From: the human T2T-CHM13v2.0 reference genome, Homo sapiens
Assembly (NCBI RefSeq): GCF_009914755.1
Contig: NC_060930.1
Length of the DNA: 64,000 nt
Reading direction: 5' to 3' (one strand)
The notes under the pieces are model-generated. The model had not been told where the DNA came from. It saw nothing but the letters and a program-made list of their open reading frames with translations, and made no database searches. Positions 51,488-64,000 of this stretch are shown in pieces. Positions within the stretch are counted from its first letter, which is position 1. Every line of letters begins with the position of its first letter. A program made the translations under genes and the position numbers.

Positions 51488-52775
51488 TGGAGAAAGGAAA
51501 CCCTTTTCAATAAATGGTGCTGGGATAAGTGGCTAGCAACATGTAAGAGAATGAAACTGGATTTTCATCTCTTGCCTTATACAAAAACCAACTCAAGATG
51601 AATCAAAGACTAAGTCTAAGACTGAAACTATACAAATGCTAGAAGATAACATAAAAAAAGTTTCTTTTAGACATTGGCTTAGGCAAGAATGTCATGACCA
51701 AGAACCCAAAAGCAAATGCAATAAAAACAAAGATAAATAGCTGGGACTCAACTAAACAAAAGAGCTTTTGCACAGCAAAAGTAACAGTCAACAGAGTAAA
51801 CACACCACCCACAGAGTGGGAGAAAATGTTCACAATCTACACATATGACAAGGGACTAATATCCAGAATCTACAATAAACTCAAACAAATTAGCAAGAAA
51901 AAAAACAAACAATCCTATCCAAAAGTGTGCTAAGAACATGAATAGACAATTCTCAATGGAAGGTATAAAGACCAACAAACATATGAAAAAATGCTGAACA
52001 TCACTAATAATCAGGGAAATGCAAATTAAAACCACAATGTGATACCACCTTACTCCCACAAGAATGGCCATAATCAAAAAATCAAAAAGTAATAGATGTT
52101 GGCACAAATGTGGTGAAAAGAGAACACTTCTACACTGCTGGTGGGAAAGCAAAGTAGTACAACCAGTATGGGAAACAGTGTGGAGATTCCTTAAAGAACT
52201 ACAAGTAGAACTACCATTTGATCCAGCAATCCCACTACTTGGTGTTTACCGAGAGGAAAAGAAGTCATTATATGAAAAAGATACTCGCACATGCATGTTT
52301 ACAGCAGCACAATTCACAATTGCAAAATTGGGTAGCCAACCCAAATGCCTATTAATCAATGAGTGGATAAAGAAACTGTGAGATATATGTGTGTGTGTAT
52401 ATATATAATGGAATACTACTCAGTCATAAAAAGGAATAAGTTAATGGTATTCACAGCAACCTGAATGAGATTGGAGACTATTATTCTAAGTGAAGTAACT
52501 CAGGAATGGAAAACCAAACACCATATGTTCTCACTCATAAGTGGGAGCTAAACTATGAGGATGCAAAGGCATAAGAATGACACAATGGACTTCGGGGAAT
52601 CAGGGGGAAAGGGTGGGAAGAGAGTGAGGGATAAAAGACCACAAATTGGGTTCAGTGTATACTGCTTGGGTGATAGGTGCATGAAAATCTCACAAATCAC
52701 CACTAAAGAAGTTACACACATAATCAAACACCACCTGTTCCCCAAAAACCTATGGAAATAAAAATTTATTAAAAA
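51488..52775 (+). mobile_element. L1PB1-like 3' segment (ORF2 C-terminus and 3'UTR)
   Basis: [11 protein letters not shown] in 52064..52381; 3'UTR tcacaaatcaccactaaagaa...cacctgttccccaaaaacctatggaaataaaa. Confidence 0.9.
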
Positions 52776-52887
52776 TCCTGGAAAATACTGACCTAGTAAA
52801 ATCTCTTTCAAAGTTCCAATATTTAAAAATACAAGACAATCAAACTAGTTTTATTTGGAAGTTACTGAGCTAAAACTCGCTTTTTCC

Positions 52888-53108
52888 CCCTAATTTTTAA
52901 TTTTTATGTGTTCATAGTAGTGTATATATTTATGGGGTACATAAGATATTTTAATACAGGCATACAATATGTAACAATCACATCAGGGCAAATTGGGTAT
53001 CCATCACCTCAAGCATTCATCATTTCTTTGTGGTAGGAACATTCCAATTATACTTCCTCAGTTATTCTAAAAGGTACCACAACTTATTGCTGACTGTAGT
53101 CCCTGTTG
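52888..53108 (-). mobile_element. L1MA (about L1MA4) 3' end fragment
   Basis: tatatatttatggggtacat...ccatcacctcaagcattcatcatttctttgtg. Confidence 0.85.
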
Positions 53109-53196
53109 AAAGTATGCATATTTTCATTTGATTATATCCAGTCACTTATTGTTTACCCTTTGTTTCTTGTGTCTACATATAGATTATATTTTCTTA

Positions 53197-53593
53197 GTAT
53201 ATCAGTCTGCTAGGTCTGCCATAACAAAGTACTACAGATTGTGTGGTCTAAACAACAGAAATTTACTTTCTCACAGTTCTACAAACTGGAAGTCCAAGAT
53301 CAAGGTGTCAGCAGGCTTGGTTGCTCCACTCCTGGTTTCCTGAGTTCTCTCTCCTTGGCTTGTGGATGGTTGCATTTTCATTGTATCCTCATATAGCCCT
53401 TTATATGTGTGTGCCCAATCCTGGTGTCACTTCTTCCCATATGGACAACTTCTATTGGATTAAGGCTTCACTCTTATAACCTTGTTTTACTTTAACTACC
53501 TTCTAAAAGGCCCCATCTCCAAATGCAGTCATATTGGGGATTAGGGCTTCAATATATATGTTTTTTCGGGGGGAACCAATTCAGTCCATAATA
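53197..53593 (-). mobile_element. MLT1A/B MaLR solo LTR
   Basis: gccataacaaagtactacagat...aaacaacagaaattt...gaagtccaagatcaaggtgtcagcagg...ttcagtccataata. Confidence 0.88.
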
Positions 53594-53819
53594 CTCTGTA
53601 AGATTATAAGCTGCACCAAGAATATATATTTCCTTTGCAGCCAGACTAGGAGTGCTTGTAGAATCTATAATAAAGGATAGTCACTGAACATAAACAAATG
53701 AACTATTGGGATAGTAGTGGGGTTGGAAGATAGCATGGTTTCTTCAGGATAAATCATTATCTAATATATTGACATCCTTTGAAGAAATGAATACCTAGAT
53801 AAAGAATGTACATAAATAA

Positions 53820-53980
53820 CAGAGTTGCATGGAGCCTTGAAGATCATCTAGTTCATCCTCTTGTCTTTTCTAGTGAGTGCATTGGGTGCTAGGAGGCCAT
53901 GGGCTTTGCAAGGGGCCACACTGCTGGTTACAGGCAGAGTTGAGAAGAGGTTGCAACCACTTACCCTTCCATAATATGCT
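53820..53980 (-). mobile_element. Degenerate MIR (MIR3-like)
   Basis: agagttgcatggagccttgaagatcatctagttcatcctc...aaggggccacactgctggtta. Confidence 0.55.
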
Positions 53981-53989
53981 ACCTCTAAA

Positions 53990-54240
53990 CACACTGATGA
54001 ATAAGGAGGACTGGTGGATGTAATCTATTCAGACTTCCAAAAAGTGATTGTCAACTTTTAATCCTAAAGTTACTAAAACATAGAGCTTCAGGGGGTTAGT
54101 TTTATTGTAATAAATAACTAAAAAATACAGGAATTAAAAGATAGAGAGATGGACATTTATCATAGTAAATATTTACATTATTTAGTAGATATCTATTAAA
54201 TGTCCAGTAGGCCATGTCGTAGCTGGGCTTTTTAAATAGA
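53990..54240 (+). mobile_element. CR1/L3 LINE RT remnant
   Basis: gtggatgtaatctattcagacttccaaaaa translates to VDVIYSDFQK, like the CR1 motif VDVIYLDFxKAFD. Confidence 0.55.
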
Positions 54241-54244
54241 AACA

Positions 54245-54514
54245 TTTTTTAAAATTTATTTTTTTAACTTCTATTTTATATTTAAGGGTACATGCAAACT
54301 CGTGTCATGGGGGTTTGTTGTACAGATTATTTCATTACCCACATATTAAGCCCAGTACCCAATTGTTATCTTTCCTGCTCCTCTCCCTCCTCTCACCCTC
54401 CACTCTCGAGTAGACCCCAGTGTCTATGGTTCCCTTCTTTGTGTTCCTGAGTTCTTATCATTTAGCTCCCACTTGTAAGTGAGAACATGCAGTATTTGGT
54501 TTTCTGTTTCTGCC
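54245..54514 (-). mobile_element. L1PA14-16-like 3' end fragment
   Basis: aaactcgtgtcatggggg...gattatttcattaccc...gtagaccccagtgtct...gtgagaacatgcagtatttgg. Confidence 0.85.
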
Positions 54515-54939
54515 TTTAATAAGTGGTCTGAATAAAAAGGTGATCATTTCAATAAATCAGCATTTGATAAAGAGGGATAGTAGTATGAATTATGAGGAAA
54601 ATGGCTATAGGCAAAATAAGTTTGGAAACACTGAGTTAAAGTAAAAATAATTTATTTGGTGTCAAACTTCTCTGAGCCATTGCTACAATAATAAAAAATG
54701 AGGTGGTAGTATATTCCTAAGCTTCTTTGACAAGAAAAGCTCCCTTTTATAGAGTTTCTTATGAGGATTCTGTAAAGCAATTCTGTGAGGAAATGATACC
54801 GAATCAGTGAGGATAAAATGTAGGAAGAATCTGGGTGACTGAAAAACTTATTATTTTTAAAATATACTTTAGTGTGGTACATACCCTTGTTATCTTCTTT
54901 TTCCCATAAGTAGTCTCATCTATGGATTTCGTACAAATT

Positions 54940-55045
54940 TCTACCTAAGGAGAGGGGCCTGTTTTCTATTTCTTTCATATTACCTGCAGTTTCTAGTACA
55001 GTGCTCTACACATAAGAGGTGCTTAGTGTTAATACTTGTTAATTG
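54940..55045 (+). mobile_element. L2 3' end
   Basis: ctagtacagtgctctacacataagaggtgcttagtgttaatacttgttaatt. Confidence 0.6.
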
Positions 55046-55404
55046 TCCGTGTGACTTTGGTAGAGCAGTTTCAATGGTGATGACTCAGGGGTAATGCATT
55101 TAGGAAAGCAAAACAAAGCTATATGTTATAGGCACAAAAATTACTCCACACAAAAGAAATGTCAAATTAAATTTTTTTCTTTTTTTTTCCCTTTCATACC
55201 TGGTCTTGCAGCAAATGCCATATTTTGAATTTTTCTTAATATCAAGATAATTTGGACTATGAGTTCAGTTCTTAGCTATTAATGTGGCTTCCATCCTCTT
55301 TTGGTGCTACATAAGAATCCCTTGACTTACTAGATGTATGGAGATTGGAGGAAGGATCTCGAATCTCCAGTTCATCAGGATAACCCCTGATGCCCTCATT
55401 TGCA

Positions 55405-56143
<739 letters not shown>

Positions 56144-57049
56144 GGGCTTTCAGTATCTTGAAGCTTTTTGTTCCGGTATTTTCTTTCTAAACAGGGGCAT
56201 AAGGTGGGCCTGGGATTGTTCTATGGGCCCATTGCCCTTTGCCTCATCTCTCAGGTATTGCTTGGAACAGGCACTGCTCTATGAATCTACAATGATACTT
56301 TTCCATTTTCCCCTCTCCAATTCTACCTCTTCCCACTGTTCTCATTTCAGGATAAGATCTCTTTATTCATCTCAAAATTATAAGAAGAGGCCTACTTGGA
56401 ATGGAGGAGGGAAAATTCTGTTTGAACAAATCACACATTAATAGCTCAATAAATCATCCTGTCAAATGTACTTACAGAATAATAATTTCTAATCTGAGTG
56501 TTTTGATCCAGAAAAGAATCTTAGAGACTCTCAACTGTTGGATTGATCAGTTTTTGTTGATTTAGTTCTTGCCTTTCTCTTGCTCTCCAGTGAACTATAA
56601 ACTCCTTATCTACAACCCTTTATATGTGTATGCATGTGTGTGTATGTATGTGTTTGTCAAATTACTATATATTACTATATACAAAATTTATAAAATTATG
56701 CATCACATTAATAAAAAGGAATGAAGATTTAGAATTTTTAATTTAGAATTTTCTAGAAAATATTAGATATTTTTTGGTTGCTCTGGGAAAAGAGGGATAG
56801 AGTTAATATTTAGTAAAAAGATGTCTGGGTTTTATTCTAAGGGATTATTCTTAGAAATAGGTATATTTGTATATTCTAACTCATGTGACAACATAAAATC
56901 TGTGCTTAGTTTTAACTATAATGAGATTCTTGGTTCTTTTCAAAGCCATTAATGATATGATTCTATTTTTCTCTGGCACTACCTAATATATATATTTATA
57001 TATTTATAAAATTAAAAAAATATATTTTTCTTTTTCTTTGAGCCATGAC

Positions 57050-57320
57050 TGATACAATGAGCAGTTAGAGACCTGAATCAAACTTTAAACTGGAATTAAC
57101 CATACTAATTTTCTGAATCTTGAACTGAACTGAAATATTAATCTTGTATCAAATTAAAAACATCAGTTTTCTTCCTGAAAAAAGAACCAGTTTGAGCCAG
57201 AACTGAGCCTGTTTATGTTTTTTCCCTCAAATCATTGAATTGGAAGACTGCTGAAATGTCAGAATATACCTTGAACAAAAGTTGTGCAAAATTGTATCAT
57301 TTTGGTCTGAATCCTTGATG
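57050..57320. mobile_element. Possible ancient hAT-Tip100-type (MamTip-like) DNA element
   Basis: Repeated gaac(t/c)-type motifs (tgaactgaactgaa, gaaccag, gaactgag) and terminal cattttggtctgaatcct; family recalled, uncertain. Confidence 0.35.
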
Positions 57321-59319
57321 AAATGGGAATTCTATCTCAATAGGCTTGTTTTTTTCTGTCTTTCCTTTATCTTTTAGGTGTAACAAGTATGATCTCGTGT
57401 TATTTTCTAGAAGCTTTGGCAATAATTGTCATACTAAAAATGTCATTCAGAGTTCCAAGTAATATTACCAAAAGGAATTAGCAAATGGCTCACTAGTAGG
57501 CACACAAAGAGGCTAGTGAATGGACAACTGGAGGCCCACCAATGATTGGGGAACTAGGTGGAAATATTCATAATGCTAATTGGTCCTTCATCACTTTCAT
57601 TTTTTAAGAAAAATGCATTCATATGTTAGTATTCCAATTACATTGAGGCCCTACTTTTTTAGAGACCTTGAAAATTATTTTGAGTTGTAGCTATCTACTA
57701 TTTCTCTGAAATAAAAATAAGCAGCCTGACTTCAGGAGCCACAGTTCAGGAGGGTGTCTCCACAGGTCACCAGCATTACCACGGCCAATCTTTCTGCGGA
57801 AACTTACGCCTTATATCTGTGCATATATCAGGGCACCGGATTCTTCCAGGTTGGAAGTCTAGAAACTCAGAAAACTCTCTAGGTTTTGGATTACAGGAAG
57901 GAAGGAATGGAGGTGCAGATGGAGGTTGCCTTACTGGAGAAAAAGTAGGAGACTTGCCAGTATTAGGTTTCTTCTTAGCCCTTCTGAGTCAGTCTGTAAA
58001 TGGAATCCATTTCTACATAATAAATTTTGCTTTATTATAAAATCTGCAATAGAGGATAAAGACCTTTAAAACTACGTAAAATGTGCCTCCAATAATGAAA
58101 GTCAGTTCTCCAGAATACTCTTTAGCATTTTCTATGATCTACTGAAAAGAAGAAACCCAATCCATACAGACATGTAGAGTAATTCTCTAGAGGAGTTATT
58201 TTCTGCACCCACACAATTCCCAATAAAAGAAATTGCTATTATCTTAGTTTACTTTCGTTGATTCTACCCATTATTGTATTTGACACTTTATGCCAGGTTA
58301 TCACCTCCCCTCTCCTACTCTTGGACATTTATCATCAAATATTTCTTTCCTCAGTATTTGACTTACAAAGACTTCATTCTTAAATAATCTTTCTCATTAT
58401 CAGTTTATTAGTATTTAATTAACCTTGTTAGTTGTTAAAAGAAACTTATAACAGCTCACTAAATTTTGCATTTTGTAAATGCCTTTCTAAAACTATGTTT
58501 TGTATTTTTAATTTCTGATGATGTTTTCCACATAATTGCATAAATGAAGAAAGCATTGGAAATTTAGTGTAGGTACAGTTTTACAGCAAAAAATAATTAT
58601 GAAACAGAGTAACAATTAATGTAGTAAATTACTTATATTCATATTGCTCTATGAGGAGTGCATAGACCACAATAGATTTTAATAGCTATTTACAGGATAA
58701 AGTATATTCATTGCTGATTATTTGAAGATGGTAACAATATTCTCTTTGATAGTGATTTCTAACTTGCAAGTTGCTTTTGTATACCTGATCTCATTTTGTC
58801 TTGACTGCAACCTCAGAAATGAGGCAGAGAAGAAACCATTATTTCTAGATCTCAAGAGGATAATCACCTATCCCAAGGACAAAAACTCATAGTGGAAAGG
58901 TATAACTGGTTCCTGTTTCTTTCAACAATTAATTTGTATCCTACTCATCACCCATTGTTGCTTTCTGAACTTTTTGCAAACATTTCTCTATTTCATTTTT
59001 GTTTAGTTTTACAAAAGTGATAGTTTTTCTCTACTTTGATCTGATTGATCCTCCAGATTCAAGCAGTTTGAAAAGGTCTGAGAAACAACATTCAGTTGAA
59101 ATTTATCCCATATTTGGAGTAAAAAAATAGATCTCCTTTAGGATCACATAAACCGTATAACTTATTCCCACTGCAATTCTGACCAAAGATTTTTATTTGT
59201 CTTCTAATTGGATGCTGTTTTATTTCCTGTATTCACTAAAAGTTACATGTAAATTTTTTTTTTTAATTCTTTTTGGGTTTATCAGAATATAGCAACTTTA
59301 CAGATTTAGGAATAATTAA

Positions 59320-59495
59320 GGCCAGGGAGGCATATAGCAAAAAGCCCTGACCTAAGTGAGAGGAGACCAGTATTCCAGTTCCATGTCTACCACTGATTCC
59401 TTATGCCCATCTGAGCCTCAGTTTATTAGCCTGTAACATGAGATAGTAAGACTAGCTGATCTTTGAGGTTCCCCTTGCTACCTCTAATATTATAA
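59320..59495 (+). mobile_element. MIR (MIR3/MIRc-like)
   Basis: ctgagcctcagtttattagcctgtaacatgagatagtaagactagctgatctttgaggttcccc. Confidence 0.65.
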
Positions 59496-59559
59496 GGTCC
59501 TAAACATCAAATTGCTGATTTCTGATTATGCCAGAATCTCCCAATCTGTCTTCTCCTAA

Positions 59560-60192
59560 TGCTGGGGAAAAGCTGAGTGTTGGGAAAAAAGCTGAGGCAG
59601 GGCTTGCATGTCTGACATAATGTAAAAGAGTCTTGGAACATGTCCAGAGTCCAGGGTCTAAAACCCCTCATGGCCTTTGGAACACCAAGCTCTGTGTCAA
59701 AGTGTGGAAGGCTTCCTGGCCACACCAGAATCTAAGCCCAGGGCATAAAACCCCTCATGGCTTGGATGGAATCCAGGGCTCAGGGTATAAAACCCCTCGT
59801 GGCTTCTGGAATGTGTCTAGACTTGCTGTCTCCTTGCTTCTAGCACTCCCAGGCTCATAAATCGATTGTATCTTAAACTAGAAGAACATGTTTCCCATTA
59901 TTTCAAGTAGCAGAACATGTTCCATATGCTTCAAAGGAAATGCTAAACTGTCACAGCTATAGCTCATGCACTTGATACACCGCTTTCTTTCAACCCCCAC
60001 ATCCTCACCACCTGCTTCTGTGTTTGATCACCAATAGATAGTGTGGGCTTCCAGGGCTCAGGGCCTTTGCAGCCTCCATACTAGCATTGACCCCCTGGTC
60101 CCACTTTACACACTCTTGTCTTGTCTCATTCCTTTGACTCTGCTGGACATTGTAGACCCCATGGCCTGGTGTTGGGTCTGATCACCCCAATA
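59560..60192 (+). mobile_element. LTR14B-like HERV-K14 (HML-1) solo LTR
   Basis: tgctggggaaaagctgagtgttggg ... ggtgttgggtctgatcaccccaata; perfect 6-bp TSD TCCTAA at 59554-59559 and 60193-60198, typical of class II ERVs. Confidence 0.85.
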
Positions 60193-60276
60193 TCCTAACA
60201 AGCTCATTGATGTTTTATTTAATAGGATAACGGAATTTATATTCTTCTAATTACATAGCGGGAGCAATGTAAGAGT

Positions 60277-60824
60277 TGTGTATGACAGGCTGCTATGTGT
60301 TTACCAAAACTCATTTCCTTTATCTCCTGGTACATAGCAGGTACCAGCAGGTGACTGAGTTTAGGCCTCTGGAATGTGGGCAGAATGTGGGAGCTTTAAA
60401 GTCTGATTTAAAACCACTTCCACGTAACCATGTCTTTGTCTTTTCCTGGCTTTTGGCTAGAAGCTAGGGACTTCCTGGTCCTAGGTAATAGAGGGGACAC
60501 AAGGTAGAAGGAGAGAATCTCTGTGTGGAAGTTCACCTGGTAAACATGTGATTAGACTACATGTAAGTGTAGAAATAAACTTCTATAAGTCCACTGAGAT
60601 TATCTTTTACCGCAGCTGGTACCAGAATGGAGTGCTGTCATAATACAGAAAGTAAACATATGCATCATTGTCTTGGTGATCAGGTGGTAGAAAACAAACA
60701 AAATACCCACCTAGCTATATAGAAGACTGAAGAGCTCTGTTGTACCATGCCAAAATATTTGGTGAAAATATCATCTGTGACAACTTATAAAACATACATG
60801 TATAAGCCCAGGACCCTGTAGCTC
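60277..60824 (+). mobile_element. MLT1I/J-like LTR followed by MaLR internal sequence
   Basis: gtgactgagtttaggcctctggaatgtgggcagaa...agaaataaacttctataagtccactgagat, then ggtaccagaatggagtgctg (start of internal region). Confidence 0.7.
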
Positions 60825-61995
<1,171 letters not shown>

Positions 61996-64000
61996 TTTTT
62001 CCCCTTTGAAGAGGTACATCTAACTGCCTTTAAAATATGGATGATGACCAGTCTTAGCTGTTTCCTGCTGATAGGGGGCATTGTTTTGGGGAAAACAGCA
62101 GTCAGATTCCTCCCAGAGGTCTATCTAAGGGTTCCTAGAAAAGGGGAGTCATTATCTGAGGCTCTGGTTGTCTGACCATTTGGAGTTTGATGGCTTCTAG
62201 GTGTGAGAGAAACAAGTTTTATAAGGTTAAGTATGCATGGGTTAAACATGTATGTTATACAAGGAAATAATTTAGTGCCAAAGATTACAGAGATAAGAAG
62301 TGAAATACACTAACAGTAATATTGTACCCCAAGCTGTTTCACCCTGGTGAAAGAAATTAAACCTTGTGTTGGAGCAAATAAACTTTTGGAAGAGAGATAG
62401 CTGTTCTTGCCATATCTTTAGCAGTTAACAGGTGCACTTGGGAATTCTGGAATCCTGATTGCCATTAAACTTCTGTTTCTTTCCTGTATTTCCTCTTTCT
62501 TTCTTGGGACTCCCTCTCTCTATTATAAAAGACTGAGGTAGCCACTTTCAGGATGTCCTCTAATGTACTTTCTGGTCCCAGGGCCTGTTTTTGTAGTTTC
62601 CTCCTTATGTCAGGAGCTGTCTGGGTAATAAATTTATCCTTTAGGATTAGTTGTCCTTCAGCTAAATCAGGAGATAGAGAGGTATGCTTTTACCAAGGCC
62701 TGTCTTTGACTTTCCAGGAAGGCAGTGGGATTTTCATGAAATCCCTTGTGGATCATGGACAACTTAGTATAATTGAGAGGCTTGGTCCTAGTTCTACGTA
62801 AGCTTTCCATTAAGCACACCTGAAAGTGTGTTCTCCTCCAGTCTTCCACTAAACCATTGGGATCCCATTTAGGGTCATCCATTGATACTGCTTCTCTTCT
62901 GGTTGGATAATATTCACCCCCTTCCCTGGCACTATGTGTGATACAAAGCTCATCCCCAAATCTCTCTGCTGCTTGCAGAGCAACCTGCTTCTCAGTGTCC
63001 ATCAGGGTCTGATTCAAAGGTAACATAGCATCTCTTCAGGAGAGTTCAAATATCTGGGTGAAATTCTGGAACGCTTCTATATGTCTATCAGGGTCATCTG
63101 AAAACTTGCCAAGATCCCCCATAATTTGCTTTATATCCTGTAGGGAGAAGAGGACCTGGACCTCACTGGACCCAGTTTCACTGGGTATTTGTTGGAGGGG
63201 CAGGAGTGAGACTGGGACTTGTTTAGATGGAAGATTTTTAGGAGGGAGCAAGTGAGAGGCTGAAGCTGTATAGGGAAGTTGGGGTGGACCTGGAGGAGAA
63301 GGGCTTGAGGGAGCTGGATCCTCTGCTAGAAGTGCTTCTGGGACTCATATGTTTACTTTCCTGGGCTTGCCCCTTGCCTGAGATGGCAAACAGGGGGGCT
63401 GGATCAATCTTATATTGTCACCAAAGGTCTGGATTATCTTGCAAAGTATAGAAAGCCTGCACATATGGGGCCCCAGACCATCTGTCCTCACATCTACAGA
63501 AAAGTTCCAATTGCCAGATGGTATTGAAATAAATGGTTTCTTCCTGAGGCCAAGCCAGTCCTTCATAATTTGACCAAACCTTTGTGCAGAGAGCTATGTG
63601 GTGTTTTTCCTCCAGATTCTGAAGGTCAAAGCAGTCCCAATGGTACAAGATACACTCCAAAGGAGCATAGGCTGGGGGTGGTGAAGAGAACTGGCTGCCC
63701 ATTCTGAAAGACAGGGTATAGAGGTGTCCCTTATTCCCTTCCTTCTTTCAGTGAAAACTCAGGGTGTGATGGAGAGAGAAAGCAAGTGTTCTTCTTTCAC
63801 TTTCCACCCTTTATCTCCGGCCATAGGTACTACTGTAGTATGTACCCGAAGCAGGGAAAACCTGGAGAATAGGAATTAACCACCCTCACCCATGCCTCCA
63901 TTTCTTCCTGCTGTCAGCAAACTTCCTGGGCCTGTTTATGCCATGGAGCATGGCCTCCTTCCATGGGGTGGAGGGTTTAGTCAGCAGGAATTGGTCCTGC
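61996..64000 (-). mobile_element. ERV1 internal region (HUERS-like); continues beyond the window
   Basis: Contiguous with the LTR through the polypurine tract; contains gag remnants. Confidence 0.8.
62500..63702 (-). pseudogene. gag: Decayed gamma-like retroviral gag (HERV-W/HERV9-related MA and CA)
   Basis: MGSQ...PLECILYHWDCFD...LELFCR...PYVQAF (63418..63702); FSLQDIKQI..DLGKFSDDPD (63036..63251); QAAERFGD...ENPTAFLE (62667..63026); split by frameshifts and stops. Confidence 0.85.

Noticed and set aside
54590-54930. Possible DNA-transposon remnant
   Set aside because: Could not assign a family or termini from the sequence

Overview
Primate (human-like) AT-rich genomic DNA made almost entirely of interspersed repeats; I can support no host protein-coding gene, tRNA, rRNA or CRISPR array. 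Bases 1-29.9 kb are roughly 85% LINE-1: several long, decayed, mostly minus-strand copies (L1P4-like, L1PB, L1PB3/4, L1MA) with nested L1PA and Alu insertions. Bases 30-41.8 kb carry older dispersed repeats (MIR, L2, MaLR/ERVL solo LTRs, hAT MITEs, a MADE1 hairpin). Bases 41.8-52.8 kb are a plus-strand L1M element interrupted by several later insertions and ending in an L1PB-type 3' end. Bases 52.8-64 kb hold small repeats, about 3 kb of mostly unique sequence with possible exons, an LTR14B-like solo LTR and a minus-strand ERV1 (LTR1/HUERS-like) that keeps only a decayed gag. Nearly all ORFs in the track are L1/Alu/ERV remnants or chance frames. I found no convincing new biological system. The best leads are templated-insertion repair scars, two rearranged L1 junctions, a miR-548-type hairpin and a cluster of candidate splice sites near 57.4-58.0 kb. 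Subfamily names are recalled from consensus sequences, not computed.
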